Shown: in pieces, positions 13,881 to 27,643 of the stretch
Layout of the letters: every line of letters begins with the position of its first letter
How positions within the stretch are numbered: position 1 is the first letter of the stretch
Assembly: GCA_964016885.1 (NCBI GenBank)
Contig: OZ024742.1
Span: 263,252,001 to 263,316,000, forward strand
Length of the DNA stretch: 64,000 bases
Source: Eledone cirrhosa
Taxonomy: Eukaryota
Direction: 5' to 3'
Notes under the pieces: model-generated
Seen by the model: only the letters and a program-made list of their open reading frames with translations
The model's database searches: none
What the model was told of the DNA's origin: nothing
Program-made: the position numbers and the translations under genes

Positions 13881-15259
13881 TGGACAAAGAAGTCACATGC
13901 ATGAAATAGATGGAAATGTGTGCCCTATCCTATTAGAGCACAAAGGCACCTCTTGAAGTCTTCATTTTCATGTAGTGTATCTAAAACACGTCAGCTTGAT
14001 GTAGTTTGTCCCTCTCCAAACTATGTTTGTAGGAAGATTAACTCAGCACCATCAGTTAAAATATTCATCAATTATACAGTGGTGCAACTGTTGACAGCAA
14101 TAATTTGTATCTCCACATGTTTCTTTTTTTTTTACAGCTATGTAAACTGGATCACTTGGGAAATCTCACTATTGACAAGGCAGAGTAGATCGGGGAAAAC
14201 TCTTCTTGACTCTACACTGAAGAGATTGGTGCAGAAACTGAATCTTTTACAATGCTCAACTCTTTAGAACAAGCACTTTCATTCTCTACACCTATCTATC
14301 TGTTACATACACACACCATAAACATCCAGTCTCAACTCCTACCAAACTATCACCTTTCAAACACTGCCTTTGCACTAAAAAACGCACATCCACAGGCTAC
14401 ACATATTCTGCATAATATGGCACTTCAAGTAAGCTGACTGGTTGAAGCCCAGTTAGTTTTATGTTAACTATGTCTGTCAGTACCTATACTTCACTCCTGA
14501 CTCCTCAGAGACAGCTGAGCTGGTGAGTAAAATCATACACTTTGGCATGTTCCTCCAAATCCCACACAATCAAAACTCAGCTTCAAATCCCTCAAATAGT
14601 TTAATCATAGCATAAGTTCAGGCCTACAATGCTCACAGAAAATCATACACCACAGTTCTTGCAGAACCATCACTTGAAGCAAAAGATCCTTTTATACATT
14701 GTGTAGCCCCTAAACTCTCCTGCAGCCTTAGACTTTTTCCAAAAGGATCAGTACTAACTTTACAACCACAATATCTCTTCTGCAGAGAAGCCACATTTGC
14801 TACTCACTTTGTATCTAAACCTGCATTACACACACTAGATAAATTACTTCCCAAATTATTCCTCTTCACTCCACCACCAGGTACATATACAAAACTAAGT
14901 GCATAAACACTTCTAGTTGCATCAAAACAACAAAGCCACCAGCCTTGACAATGTCCCTTCCATTTACCCACAAACAATGCACCCCAAAGCTAGAACCCTG
15001 TCCATGCCAAACTCTTCAATTTCTGTAGTGTAATACTTTATCCACTGAATGATCACTCTTACATCTAAAAACATGTAAGTGTGAAAATAAACATAAGCAA
15101 AAGTTTATTTGACATTTTTAAAGTATATATTTTTCTTATATTTATCTTTTCCTTATTAACATAAAAAAAAATTTTTTTTAATAAGAAAAAAAATATTAAC
15201 AATTTCAAAGCTTGTCAGATATTCCAGAAAAAAATTGTGTTCTCCACTTTCTGCTAAAA

Positions 15260-15510
15260 TCATTTTATTGAAGTGTGAAGTTCCTTGCCATTTGTCATGG
15301 CATTCAATGCAGAGTCACAGAGTGTAACCTTTTTGCTGTACTGTTTCAGCTTATCCTGAAGCTGTGCCTCATGTTCTGTTAGTTCAGAGTTCTGTTGCTC
15401 TAGGAGTACATAGTCAGCTTGTAGCTGGTTCACCCCAGTGAGTAACTCTTCTATGCGGTCTTTTTTTCTTTGCTGCTTCTCTTGCACATCATGCAGCAAA
15501 CTTGTCACAG
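15260..15510 (-). CDS. Gene B terminal exon, coiled coil (paralog of gene A terminal exon)
   Basis: tttttag acceptor, phase 1. Reads (S)VTSLLHDVQEKQQRKKDRIEELL...ELTEHEAQLQDKLKQYSKKVTLCDSALNAMTNGKELHTSIK*. Minus-strand AATAAA at 15104-15109. Confidence 0.8.
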
Positions 15511-16269
15511 CTAAAAATTTAAAGAAAAATATTACATTATTAGAGCATGTTTACGTTATTTAGTTACATCCAAGTTTTAATCCCATGTCAACTGCCTTTC
15601 ATACTTCCATAGTCGATAAAATAAAGTACCAGTCAAAAACTGTATGATGCCTGCATCCCCACTCCAACATCACACCATAGTAACTACCCTTATCATCACT
15701 GCACACCCCAACTCACTCTCACCCTGCCCATGACTACTCACACCCCATTCAAACCCTAAAGAACCAGTCATAACACCTTATTTGCACCATCACTGTACTC
15801 ACCCCTCTTTCTGAAACTACCCTTCCCCCTCCCCATCAAATCCCACAACACCTATCAAACATCAATAATATACTTTCTCACTCATTCCACATCTGTCATA
15901 CAACTATGATATCTGCCCACATACTACCTATCACACTTCCTATTAAGGTACAGATGGCTGTTGAGTAACCTCCCTAGTGCAGATGCTACAATTAAACAGA
16001 TCCACTACATGCTGTAAAGTGGTTGGTGTTAGGAAGGACTTTTCAGTTGCGTTAGAGAAATGACATTTTCTAGTGCTGGTGCAATGAAAATACACACAGT
16101 GTACTTTGGAAACAAAGAGAGAGTGCAGGAATATATATATATATAAGCCACCTCTACCCTGTATTCATTGCCCTACCAAATCCCAACAAACATATAACTG
16201 TACTTATCTCTCTCTCCTGAGCTGAGAGGGCTCTACAGTTGTTCCGATGACTAACAACCTCTCTAGTAA

Positions 16270-16676
16270 TGGTACCACGAAAATACACCCAGTACACATT
16301 ATAAGTATGGTTGGCAACAAGAAGGGCACCCTGCTGTAAAAACCATACCTAAAAGGGTTGCGAGGACCCTTTAGTTGTATTAAAGACACAACAACCTCTC
16401 TGGTGTTGGTGATCTACACGATAAATGCACCCGTACACGCTGTAAAGTGGCAGGTGATAGGAAGGGCATCCAATCATTGAAAGCTAGCCAAACAAGGAGT
16501 TGTGTCAAAAGTCAAAACAACTTCTCTGCACTCAATATGATCATATGTAAGCAAGATACAAACCCCTCGGCCTGTCTTGGAGGTACATAGCCCCGCTTCA
16601 GTACTGACTTGCTCTATGTAGACCTGTCCAACCCTTGCTAGCAGGGAAAGCCGACATTAAATGTTGCTGGTGATGA
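16270..16676 (+). mobile_element. RTE-related SINE with duplicated core
   Basis: Two gaagggca-cc cores plus a cctgtccaacccttgctagcagggaaagccgacattaaatg tail; related copy at 28120-28416. Confidence 0.6.
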
Positions 16677-16805
16677 TATATATAGTTTATTGGTGTGTAA
16701 TGTTTAGTTACTATTGGTTCATCAGTTTGAGCACTCAATGCCAATGTGGGTCTGGTTGCCAATCTGGTATTACACTGTAGTTGGTATTCTTAAGAAGCAG
16801 AGTGT

Positions 16806-17000
16806 TAATAATAATAATAATTGTTTCTACTTTAGGCACAAGGCCAACAATTACCCAGTGCGTTACTGGTACTTTATTTCATCGACCCCGTAAGGATGAA
16901 AGGCAAAGTCAACCTCGGCAGGATTTGAACTCAGATCGTAAAGGGACGTAACTATGCTGGAAAGCATAACGTCCGACCCTCTACCGATACTGCCAATCCG
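16806..17000 (-). mobile_element. tRNA-derived SINE with Nin/Deu-like central domain
   Basis: Reverse complement has a ggattggcagtatcggtagag A box, a gagttcaaatcc B box, ctttgcctttcatccttacggggtcgat and a (TTA)n tail. Confidence 0.75.
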
Positions 17001-17211
17001 CATCAATATAGCATCATTATATTTATTCATGTGTTATGTTATTCATGTGACACTTGTTTCACAATTGATCAGCTCAAGGTACAATCGTACCTCAAGCTGA
17101 TTGATCACTAAGCAATCGTACCTTGAGCTGACTGATTGCAAAACACGCATCACATGTGAATAAACATAATGGTGCTATATTGATACCTTGTTCCTACTCA
17201 TTATATATATA

Positions 17212-17403
17212 TGGGCGATGAATTGGCAGTATCGGTAGAGGGTCGGACGCCATGCTTTGACGCATAGAGTTACGGCATTTGCCATTCTGAGTTCAAATCC
17301 CGCCGAGGTTAACTTTGCCTTTCATCCTTACGGGGTCGATAAAATAAAGTACCAGTAATGCACTGGTTAATTGCTGGCCTTGTGCCAATAGTAGAAACAA
17401 TTA
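17212..17403 (+). mobile_element. tRNA-derived SINE, same family, inverted relative to 16806-17000
   Basis: ttggcagtatcggtagag...gagttcaaatcccgccgaggttaactttgcctttcatccttacggggtcgataaaataaagtacc...gaaacaatta. Confidence 0.8.
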
Positions 17404-17509
17404 TATATATATATATATATATGTGTGTCTTAGTGTATATATGTACATGTATATAATGTAGATATATGTATACATAATGTACGTATGTGTGTATATATAT
17501 ATATATATA

Positions 17510-17872
17510 TCATCATTGTAATTTAACAGCTATTTTCCAAATTTGCATGAGTTAGACGGGTTGTCAAGTTATGTGACCACCTCTTGCTCATACAGATCTG
17601 TTTCTGGCTTGGTTTCTATGGCTGGATGCCCTTCCTTTACAGTGTAGACTGGATATTTTTTATTGTGGCACCAATATGACCATCTAACAGGGTGGACTGA
17701 GTGTGTTTTCATTCATTGTAACACTGGTATGACCACCTTACAGGATGGACTGGGTGCTTTTTGTTGTGTAACCAGCACGGACACCTTACAGTGTGGACTG
17801 GGTGCTTTTGTTGTGGTACCAGCATTATCACCATACAGGTTGGACTAAGTGCTTTTTGTCATGGCAGCAGCA
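17510..17872 (-). mobile_element. RTE-related SINE with about 40-bp internal tandem repeats
   Basis: gctggatgcccttcct core followed by about five copies of acc-tacag-gtggactgggtgcttttt. Confidence 0.55.
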
Positions 17873-18294
17873 TTGTGGGAGAGCAAATGGGGAGTATGTT
17901 CAGCTTTCCATGTTTGTATGCGTGGGTTTGACAGAAGAGTTGTATCAGAGGTGTGGAAGGTGAATTTTTGGGAGGAGTGTTATGAGTATACAAGATTGAC
18001 ATGAACAAGGAGTGAGGGAGAAGTTAAGATTGGGGAGCGTGTGGGAAAAGATTGGTGCAGACTAGTGTTCTCTACATGTTTGTTTTATCCTGTGCACATG
18101 TAAAGGTGAGTCTTCTGCAGTACAGCATATTGCAAGAAATCTCAATCGTCTGTCATCTCCTTTGAGAGGTATCATGATAAGTTCTTTCATTCATGCCTAT
18201 TGCCTACCCTGAGTATTTACTCACAACATATGGCTGACATATACATATGCACATGTATACATGATATCTATATTAAAAAAACAGTTATCCTTAC

Positions 18295-18435
18295 ATTTTA
18301 ACTCACTACTCATACTGTCCAATGCCAATGCATGTTGCTCTCTGTCGTTTCGCATTACATCAAGGAAGGTTTGTCGTGTGCTGTTATCACAGATTTTGAA
18401 ATACTCAGCAATGGAGTCTATTTCACCATCAGTTG
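18295..18435 (-). CDS. Gene B penultimate exon (141 nt)
   Basis: tttacag acceptor, gtaagg donor, phase 1/1. Reads (S)TDGEIDSIAEYFKICDNSTRQTFLDVMRNDREQHALALDSMSSELK. Confidence 0.8.
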
Positions 18436-19004
18436 CTGTAAATATCAATGGTTACATTGTTAATCATTTCATCAACTTATAAGAGACTCAAAGTCAACAA
18501 AGCCCCAGTATGTAAAAAAAGAGATCAGAAAAAAATCACATGTAAAAAAAATGCTTCGTTCATTGGAAGAAAGACTTAGGAAGTAAGCTCTGAAAATGTT
18601 GAACCACATAAACAAGATTATACAGGATCAGGAAAAGCTGTAATATGTAAACATGATAATGATAATGACAACTAAGATGTATGTCTAAGGGAAGAGGAAG
18701 ATGGAGGGAGGGTCTTAATTTGAGTTTTGAGTATTAATTATTAACGTTCTGTACGACATGAAACTATATTAACAAGACATTCTTGAAAAGTGCCAAAAAC
18801 AGCACTGAATCTGAATCACATTAAAAATTGAAATTTTTTATTTCAGTTTACTGCAAATTTTTACAACTATTTGTCCCCTTTTAAATATACTATAAGCATT
18901 CAAATTAACAAACCTTTAACAGTCAATCGACTTTCGTCAAATCAGACCGAGGAAACAATGTTTCCGATGGTCTTTCCAATTGCTAATACTATCGCAACTC
19001 CAAG

Positions 19005-19120
19005 TAGAGGGAGCAACGTGAAATAAAGTGTCTTGCTCAAGGACATAATGCATCGCCCAGTCCAGGAATCGAATTCACAACCTCCCAATTGCAAATCCAA
19101 TTCTCTAACCACTCAATCCA
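19005..19120 (-). mobile_element. tRNA-head plus CORE-like SINE fragment
   Basis: Reverse complement reads agtggttagagaattgg...gtgaattcgattcc...gtccttgagcaagacactttatttcac, as in the 49329 SINE head. Confidence 0.6.
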
Positions 19121-19371
19121 TGAGGTAGGCGACAGGCAGATAAAACATAGAAAAGATTGAGAGAGGAGCAAAGTAAGGAAAAGTGTATAGGAGCATAGAA
19201 GTGATTGGAAGAAGAAAATAGAGAAAGGCGATGTACAAGATAAGTTCACACACACATCTTCTCTATTTCCTTCTTCCAATCACTTCTATGCTCCTATACA
19301 CTTTTCCTTACTTTGCTCCTCTCTCAATCTTTTCTATGTTTTATCTGCCTGTCGCCTACCTCATGGATTGA
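19113..19371. repeat. Inverted repeat, about 113-bp arms, 33-nt spacer
   Basis: 19113-19225 is the reverse complement of 19259-19371, with one mismatch seen. Confidence 0.9.
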
Positions 19372-19794
19372 TTTTCTGCCAACCGCTGGCTGCTGGTCTC
19401 TGTCCTGAGGAATCTTTGCCCATTGATGTCTTTTGACAGTATTTAACAGTTTTAACGGCTGTTCTAGCGTTGAGGTTTCTTATTTTTCTATGAATTCTGA
19501 TATACTCTTGCCTCATCTCGACAAGAGATATCAATGTTTATTCATTTAATTAGAGAAGTAGTCATACCCTAGACAAATGAAGTTTTTTAAATTACATTTT
19601 TAAATAACCTTTTTAGCTATTATTAAATGACAGATGATTTTATGCAAGGTTAAGTCAGTGGCCTTTGTGAGAGGTTAGTTGAAGTTGAACTGAACAGAGA
19701 CTAATGTCCAACAACAATAGTGACATTATCACCTCATATATATTTGTCCATCTAAAATGAGAAAGGAATGATAATGAAGAACGTTTTGGCTTAC

Positions 19795-19907
19795 ATTTGG
19801 TGATGTTGTTGGTTTTTATAGAGATGCTAGAATTGTAGGAAACTGTGTTGGAGATTTCTATATCTGGCAATAAACTGGCATTAATGTTTTTCTCTTTGTC
19901 ACCATTC
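19795..19907 (-). CDS. Gene B internal exon (113 nt)
   Basis: ttctag acceptor, gtaagc donor. Reads (R)NGDKEKNINASLLPDIEISNTVSYNSSISIKTNNITK; phase 2 in, 1 out. Confidence 0.7.
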
Positions 19908-19977
19908 CTAGAATGTCCAAAAAAAAGTTATTAGAAAACACTATAGACATCACTCACTCACACACACATATATATAT

Positions 19978-20448
19978 ATTGTTATACTTTGGGAGGGTCA
20001 TGCTACCAATAAAACACATGCACCTGTTGGTTTTCACTTTAATTTATTATAAATTTCTGGTCAGCTGGTTGGTTCGATAACCAGAAGGTAATTTATATAA
20101 TGTCAAAGCTCTTTCCTCACACATTCTGTGACCTCCTCAGTGACTAGGTTTTTATTTTGTGCCTCTCCTTTGTTCTGTTCTACACCATCTTGTTTTTGTG
20201 GTAGGAGAGACACACAAAATAAAAACCCAGTCACTGACGAGGTCACAGAACGTGTGACGAAAGAGCTTTAACAATATATAAACAACCGTCCAGTTATCGA
20301 ACCAACCAACCGGAAATTTATAATAAATTGAAGTGAAAACCAACAGGTGTGTGTGTTTTTATTAACAGCATGACCCTCCCAAAGTATAATATATGTTTCA
20401 ACACACGTTTTCAGATAAGAAATCTTGCAAAATAAATTCAAAAACGAA
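19978..20448 (+). mobile_element. Penelope-like fold-back (inverted pLTR) repeat with minimal hammerhead motifs
   Basis: Diverged inverted arms of about 190 bp starting ttgttatactttgggagggtcatg, plus an unpaired 3' extension of about 55 nt. CTGACGA-G-GTCAC...GTGAC-GAAA at 20234-20262. Same family as 46898-47422. Confidence 0.65.
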
Positions 20449-20668
20449 GTGTATGTATATATATATGTATGTGTGTATGAGAAAAGGGGACCAGAAAGAT
20501 ACCATAGTTAAATAAGGTACTCACAACATTAAATAGAAAAAGTACATAATATATTTCATATAGAAATGACTTCTACAGGACTAGAACTGTTCATTCTTTG
20601 AAATCATTAGGATAGTCCAAGACTTTCCAAATGATTTCAAACGAATTAACAGTTTTACTCCTTAGAAG

Positions 20669-23600
20669 CCATTGCTATCCCCATGCCCCCTCCTACCCTC
20701 CCATTAACACTCACTGTCACTACAACAGCCACACCATCCATTGCTATCCCCATGCCCCCTCCTACCCTCCCATTAACACTCACTGTCACTACAACAGCCA
20801 CACCATCCATTGCTATCCCCATGTCCCCTCCTACCCTCCCATTAACACTCACTGTCACTACAACAGCCACACCATCCATTGCTATCCCCATGTCCCCTCC
20901 TACCCTCCCATTAACACTCACTGTCACTACAACAGCCACACCATCCATTGCTATCCCCATGTCCCCTCCTACCCTCCCATTAACACTCACTGTCACTACA
21001 ACAGCCACACCATCCATTGCTACCCCCATGTCCCCTCCTACCCTCCCATTAACACTCACTGTCACTACAACAGCCACACCATCCATTGCTATCCCCATGT
21101 CCCCTCCTACCCTCCCATTAACACTCACTGTCACTACAACAGCCACACCATCCATTGCTATCCCCATGTCCCCTCCTACCCTCCCATTAACACTCACTGT
21201 CACTACAACAGCCACACCATCCATTGCTACCCCCATGTCCCCTCCTACCCTCCCATTAACACTCACTGTCACTACAACAGCCACACCATCCATTGCTACC
21301 CCCATGTCCCCTCCTACCCTCCCATTAACACTCACTGTCACTACAACAGCCACACCATCCATTGCTACCCCCATGTCCCCTCCTACCCTCCCATTAACAC
21401 TCACTGTCACTACAACAGCCACACCATCCATTGCTATCCCCATGTCCCCTCCTACCCTCCCATTAACACTCACTGTCACTACAACAGCCACACCATCCAT
21501 TGCTATCCCCATGTCCCCTCCTACCCTCCCATTAACACCCACTGTCACTACAACAGCCACACCATCCATTGCTATCCCCATGTCCCCTCCTACCCTCCCA
21601 TTAACACTCACTGTCACTACAACAGCCACACCATCCATTGCTATCCCCATGTCCCCTCCTACCCTCCCATTAACACCCACTGTCACTACAACAGCCACAC
21701 CATCCATTGCTATCCCCATGTCCCCTCCTACCCTCCCATTAACACTCACTGTCACTACAACAGCCACACCATCCATTGCTATCCCCATGTCCCCTCCTAC
21801 CCTCCCATTAACACTCACTGTCACTACAACAGCCACACCATCCATTGCTATCCCCATGTCCCCTCCTACCCTCCCATTAACACCCACTGTCACTACAACA
21901 GCCACACCATCCATTGCTACCCCCATGTCCCCTCCTACCCTCCCATTAACACTCACTGTCACTACAACAGCCACACCATCCATTGCTACCCCCATGTCCC
22001 CTCCTACCCTCCCATTAACACTCACTGTCACTACAACAGCCACACCATCCATTGCTATCCCCATGCCCCCTCCTACCCTCCCATTAACACTCACTGTCAC
22101 TACAACAGCCACACCATCCATTGCTATCCCCATGTCCCCTCCTACCCTCCCATTAACACTCACTGTCACTACAACAGCCACACCATCCATTGCTATCCCC
22201 ATGCCCCCTCCTACCCTCCCATTAACACTCACTGTCACTACAACAGCCACACCATCCATTGCTATCCCCATGTCCCCTCCTACCCTCCCATTAACACTCA
22301 CTGTCACTACAACAGCCACACCATCCATTGCTACCCCCATGTCCCCTCCTACCCTCCCATTAACACTCACTGTCACTACAACAGCCACACCATCCATTGC
22401 TATCCCCATGTCCCCTCCTACCCTCCCATTAACACCCACTGTCACTACAACAGCCACACCATCCATTGCTATCCCCATGTCCCCTCCTACCCTCCCATTA
22501 ACACCCACTGTCACTACAACAGCCACACCATCCATTGCTACCCCCATGTCCCCTCCTACCCTCCCATTAACACTCACTGTCACTACAACAGCCACACCAT
22601 CCATTGCTATCCCCATGTCCCCTCCTACCCTCCCATTAACACCCACTGTCACTACAACAGCCACACCATCCATTGCTACCCCCATGTCCCCTCCTACCCT
22701 CCCATTAACACTCACTGTCACTACAACAGCCACACCATCCATTGCTATCCCCATGTCCCCTCCTACCCTCCCATTAACACTCACTGTCACTACAACAGCC
22801 ACACCATCCATTGCTATCCCCATGCCCCCTCCCACCCTTCCATTAACACTCACTGTCACTACAACAGCCACACCATCCATTGCTACCCCCATGCCCCCTC
22901 CCACCCTTCCATTAACACTCACTGTCACTACAACAGCCACACCATCCATTGCTATCCCCATGTCCCCTCCTACCCTCCCATTAACACCCACTGTCACTAC
23001 AACAGCCACACCATCCATTGCTACCCCCATGTCCCCTCCTACCCTCCCATTAACACTCACTGTCACTACAACAGCCACACCATCCATTGCTACCCCCATG
23101 TCCCCTCCTACCCTCCCATTAACACTCACTGTCACTACAACAGCCACACCATCCATTGCTACCCCCATGTCCCCTCCTACCCTCCCATTAACACTCACTG
23201 TCACTACAACAGCCACACCATCCATTGCTACCCCCATGTCCCCTCCTACCCTTCCATTAACACTCACTGTCACTACAACAGCCACACCATCCATTGCTAC
23301 CCCCATGTCCCCTCCTACCCTCCCATTAACACTCACTGTCACTACAACAGCCACACCATCCATTGCTATCCCCATGTCCCCTCCTACCCTCCCATTAACA
23401 CTCACTGTCACTACAACAGCCACACCATCCATTGCTATCCCCATGCCCCCTCCTACCCTCCCATTAACACTCACTGTCACTACAACAGCCACACCATCCA
23501 TTGCTACCCCCATGTCCCCTCCTACCCTCCCATTAACACTCACTGTCACTACAACAGCCACACCATCCATTGCTATCCCCATGTCCCCTCCTACCCTCCC

Positions 23601-26600
23601 ATTAACACTCACTGTCACTACAACAGCCACACCATCCATTGCTACCCCCATGTCCCCTCCTACCCTTCCATTAACACTCACTGTCACTACAACAGCCACA
23701 CCATCCATTGCTACCCCCATGTCCCCTCCTACCCTCCCATTAACACTCACTGTCACTACAACAGCCACACCATCCATTGCTACCCCCATGTCCCCTCCTA
23801 CCCTTCCATTAACACTCACTGTCACTACAACAGCCACACCATCCATTGCTACCCCCATGTCCCCTCCTACCCTCCCATTAACACTCACTGTCACTACAAC
23901 AGCCACACCATCCATTGCTATCCCCATGTCCCCTCCTACCCTCCCATTAACACTCACTGTCACTACAACAGCCACACCATCCATTGCTATCCCCATGCCC
24001 CCTCCTACCCTCCCATTAACACTCACTGTCACTACAACAGCCACACCATCCATTGCTATCCCCATGCCCCCTCCTACCCTCCCATTAACACTCACTGTCA
24101 CTACAACAGCCACACCATCCATTGCTACCCCCATGCCCCCTCCTACCCTCCCATTAACACTCACTGTCACTACAACAGCCACACCATCCATTGCTACCCC
24201 CATGTCCCCTCCTACCCTCCCATTAACACTCACTGTCACTACAACAGCCACACCATCCATTGCTACCCCGATGTCCCCTCCTACCCTCCCATTAACACTC
24301 ACTGTCACTACAACAGCCACACCATCCATTGCTATCCCCATGCCCCCTCCTACCCTCCCATTAACACTCACTGTCACTACAACAGCCACACCATCCATTG
24401 CTACCCCCATGTCCCCTCCTACCCTCCCATTAACACTCACTGTCACTACAACAGCCTCACCATCCATTGCTATCCCCATGCCCCCTCCTACCCTCCCATT
24501 AACACTCACTGTCACTACAACAGCCACACCATCCATTGCTATCCCCATGCCCCCTCCTACCCTCCCATTAACACTCACTGTCACTACAACAGCCACACCA
24601 TCCATTGCTATCCCCATGCCCCCTCCTACCCTCCCATTAACACTCACTGTCACTACAACAGCCACACCATCCATTGCTATCCCCATGCCCCCTCCTACCC
24701 TCCCATTAACACTCACTGTCACTACAACAGCCACACCATCCATTGCTATCCCCATGCCCCCTCCTACCCTCCCATTAACACTCACTGTCACTACAACAGC
24801 CACACCATCCATTGCTACCCCCATGTCCCCTCCTACCCTCCCATTAACACCCACTGTCACTACAACAGCCACACCATCCATTGCTATCCCCGTGTCCCCT
24901 CCTACCCTCCCATTAACACTCACTGTCACTACAACAGCCACACCATCCATTGCTACCCCCATGTCCCCTCCTACCCTCCCATTAACACTCACTGTCACTA
25001 CAACAGCCACACCATCCATTGCTACCCCCATGCCCCCTCCTACCCTCCCATTAACACTCACTGTCACTACAACAGCCACACCATCCATTGCTACCCCCAT
25101 GTCCCCTCCTACCCTCCCATTAACACTCACTGTCACTACAACAGCCACACCATCCATTGCTACCCCCATGTCCCCTCCTACCCTCCCATTAACACCCACT
25201 GTCACTACAACAGCCACACCATCCATTGCTACCCCCATGCCCCCTCCTACCCTCCCATTAACACTCACTGTCACTACAACAGCCACACCATCCATTGCTA
25301 CCCCCATGTCCCCTCCTACCCTCCCATTAACACTCACTGTCACTACAACAGCCACACCATCCATTGCTACCCCCATGTCCCCTCCTACCCTCCCATTAAC
25401 ACCCACTGTCACTACAACAGCCACACCATCCATTGCTACCCCCATGCCCCCTCCTACCCTCCCATTAACACTCACTGTCACTACAACAGCCACACCATCC
25501 ATTGCTACCCCCATGTCCCCTCCTACCCTCCCATTAACACCCACTGTCACTACAACAGCCACACCATCCATTGCTACCCCCATGCCCCCTCCTACCCTCC
25601 CATTAACACTCACTGTCACTACAACAGCCACACCATCCATTGCTACCCCCATGTCCCCTCCTACCCTCCCATTAACACTCACTGTCACTACAACAGCCAC
25701 ACCATCCATTGCTACCCCCATGTCCCCTCCTACCCTCCCATTAACACCCACTGTCACTACAACAGCCACACCATCCATTGCTACCCCCATGCCCCCTCCT
25801 ACCCTCCCATTAACACTCACTGTCACTACAACAGCCACACCATCCATTGCTACCCCCATGTCCCCTCCTACCCTCCCATTAACACTCACTGTCACTACAA
25901 CAGCCACACCATCCATTGCTATCCCCATGTCCCCTCCTACCCTCCCATTAACACTCACTGTCACTACAACAGCCACACCATCCATTGCTACCCCCATGTC
26001 CCCTCCTACCCTCCCATTAACACTCACTGTCACTACAACAGCCACACCATCCATTGCTACCCCCATGTCCCCTCCTACCCTCCCATTAACACTCACTGTC
26101 ACTACAACAGCCACACCATCCATTGCTATCCCCATGTCCCCTCCTACCCTCCCATTAACACTCACTGTCACTACAACAGCCACACCATCCATTGCTACCC
26201 CCATGTCCCCTCCTACCCTCCCATTAACACCCACTGTCACTACAACAGCCACACCATCCATTGCTATCCCCGTGTCCCCTCCTACCCTCCCATTAACACT
26301 CACTGTCACTACAACAGCCACACCATCCATTGCTACCCCCATGTCCCCTCCTACCCTCCCATTAACACTCACTGTCACTACAACAGCCACACCATCCATT
26401 GCTATCCCCATGTCCCCTCCTACCCTCCCATTAACACTCACTGTCACTACAACAGCCACACCATCCATTGCTACCCCCATGCCCCCTCCTACCCTCCCAT
26501 TAACACTCACTGTCACTACAACAGCCACACCATCCATTGCTACCCCCATGTCCCCTCCTACCCTCCCATTAACACCCACTGTCACTACAACAGCCACACC

Positions 26601-27643
26601 ATCCATTGCTATCCCCGTGTCCCCTCCTACCCTCCCATTAACACTCACTGTCACTACAACAGCCACACCATCCATTGCTACCCCCATGTCCCCTCCTACC
26701 CTCCCATTAACACCCACTGTCACTACAACAGCCACACCATCCATTGCTACCCCCATGCCCCCTCCTACCCTCCCATTAACACTCACTGTCACTACAACAG
26801 CCACACCATCCATTGCTACCCCCATGTCCCCTCCTACCCTCCCATTAACACCCACTGTCACTACAACAGCCACACCATCCATTGCTACCCCCATGCCCCC
26901 TCCTACCCTCCCATTAACACTCACTGTCACTACAACAGCCACACCATCCATTGCTACCCCCATGTCCCCTCCTACCCTCCCATTAACACCCACTGTCACT
27001 ACAACAGCCACACCATCCATTGCTACCCCCATGTCCCCTCCTACCCTCCCATTAACACTCACTGTCACTACAACAGCCACACCATCCATTGCTACCCCCA
27101 TGCCCCCTCCTACCCTCCCATTAACACTCACTGTCACTACAACAGCCACACCATCCATTGCTATCCCCATGTCCCCTCCTACCCTCCCATTAACACCCAC
27201 TGTCACTACAACAGCCACACCATCCATTGCTATCCCCATGTCCCCTCCTACCCTCCCATTAACACCCACTGTCACTACAACAGCCACACCATCCATTGCT
27301 ATCCCCATGTCCCCTCCTACCCTCCCATTAACACCCACTGTCACTACAACAGCCACACCATCCATTGCTACCCCCATGCCCCCTCCTACCCTCCCATTAA
27401 CACTCACTGTCACTACAACAGCCACACCATCCATTGCTATCCCCATGTCCCCTCCTACCCTCCCATTAACACCCACTGTCACTACAACAGCCACACCATC
27501 CATTGCTACCCCCATGTCCCCTCCTACCCTTCCATTAACACCCACTGTCACTACAACAGCCACACCATCCATTGCTATCCCCATGCCCCCTCCTACCCTC
27601 CCATTAACACTCACTGTCACTACAACAGCCACACCATCCATTG
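20669..27643. repeat. 69-bp minisatellite, 101 units, in a gene B intron
   Basis: Unit ccattgctaYccccatgYcccctcctaccctcccattaacacYcactgtcactacaacagccacaccat. (27638-20669)/69 = 101 exactly, plus a final ccattg. Confidence 0.97.

Noticed and set aside
14140-15020. C/A-rich block resembling an old LINE ORF2
   Set aside because: Too degenerate to identify any diagnostic motif by eye.
20669-27643. CRISPR-like array
   Set aside because: Units are contiguous with no unique spacers, there are no cas genes, and the context is eukaryotic.
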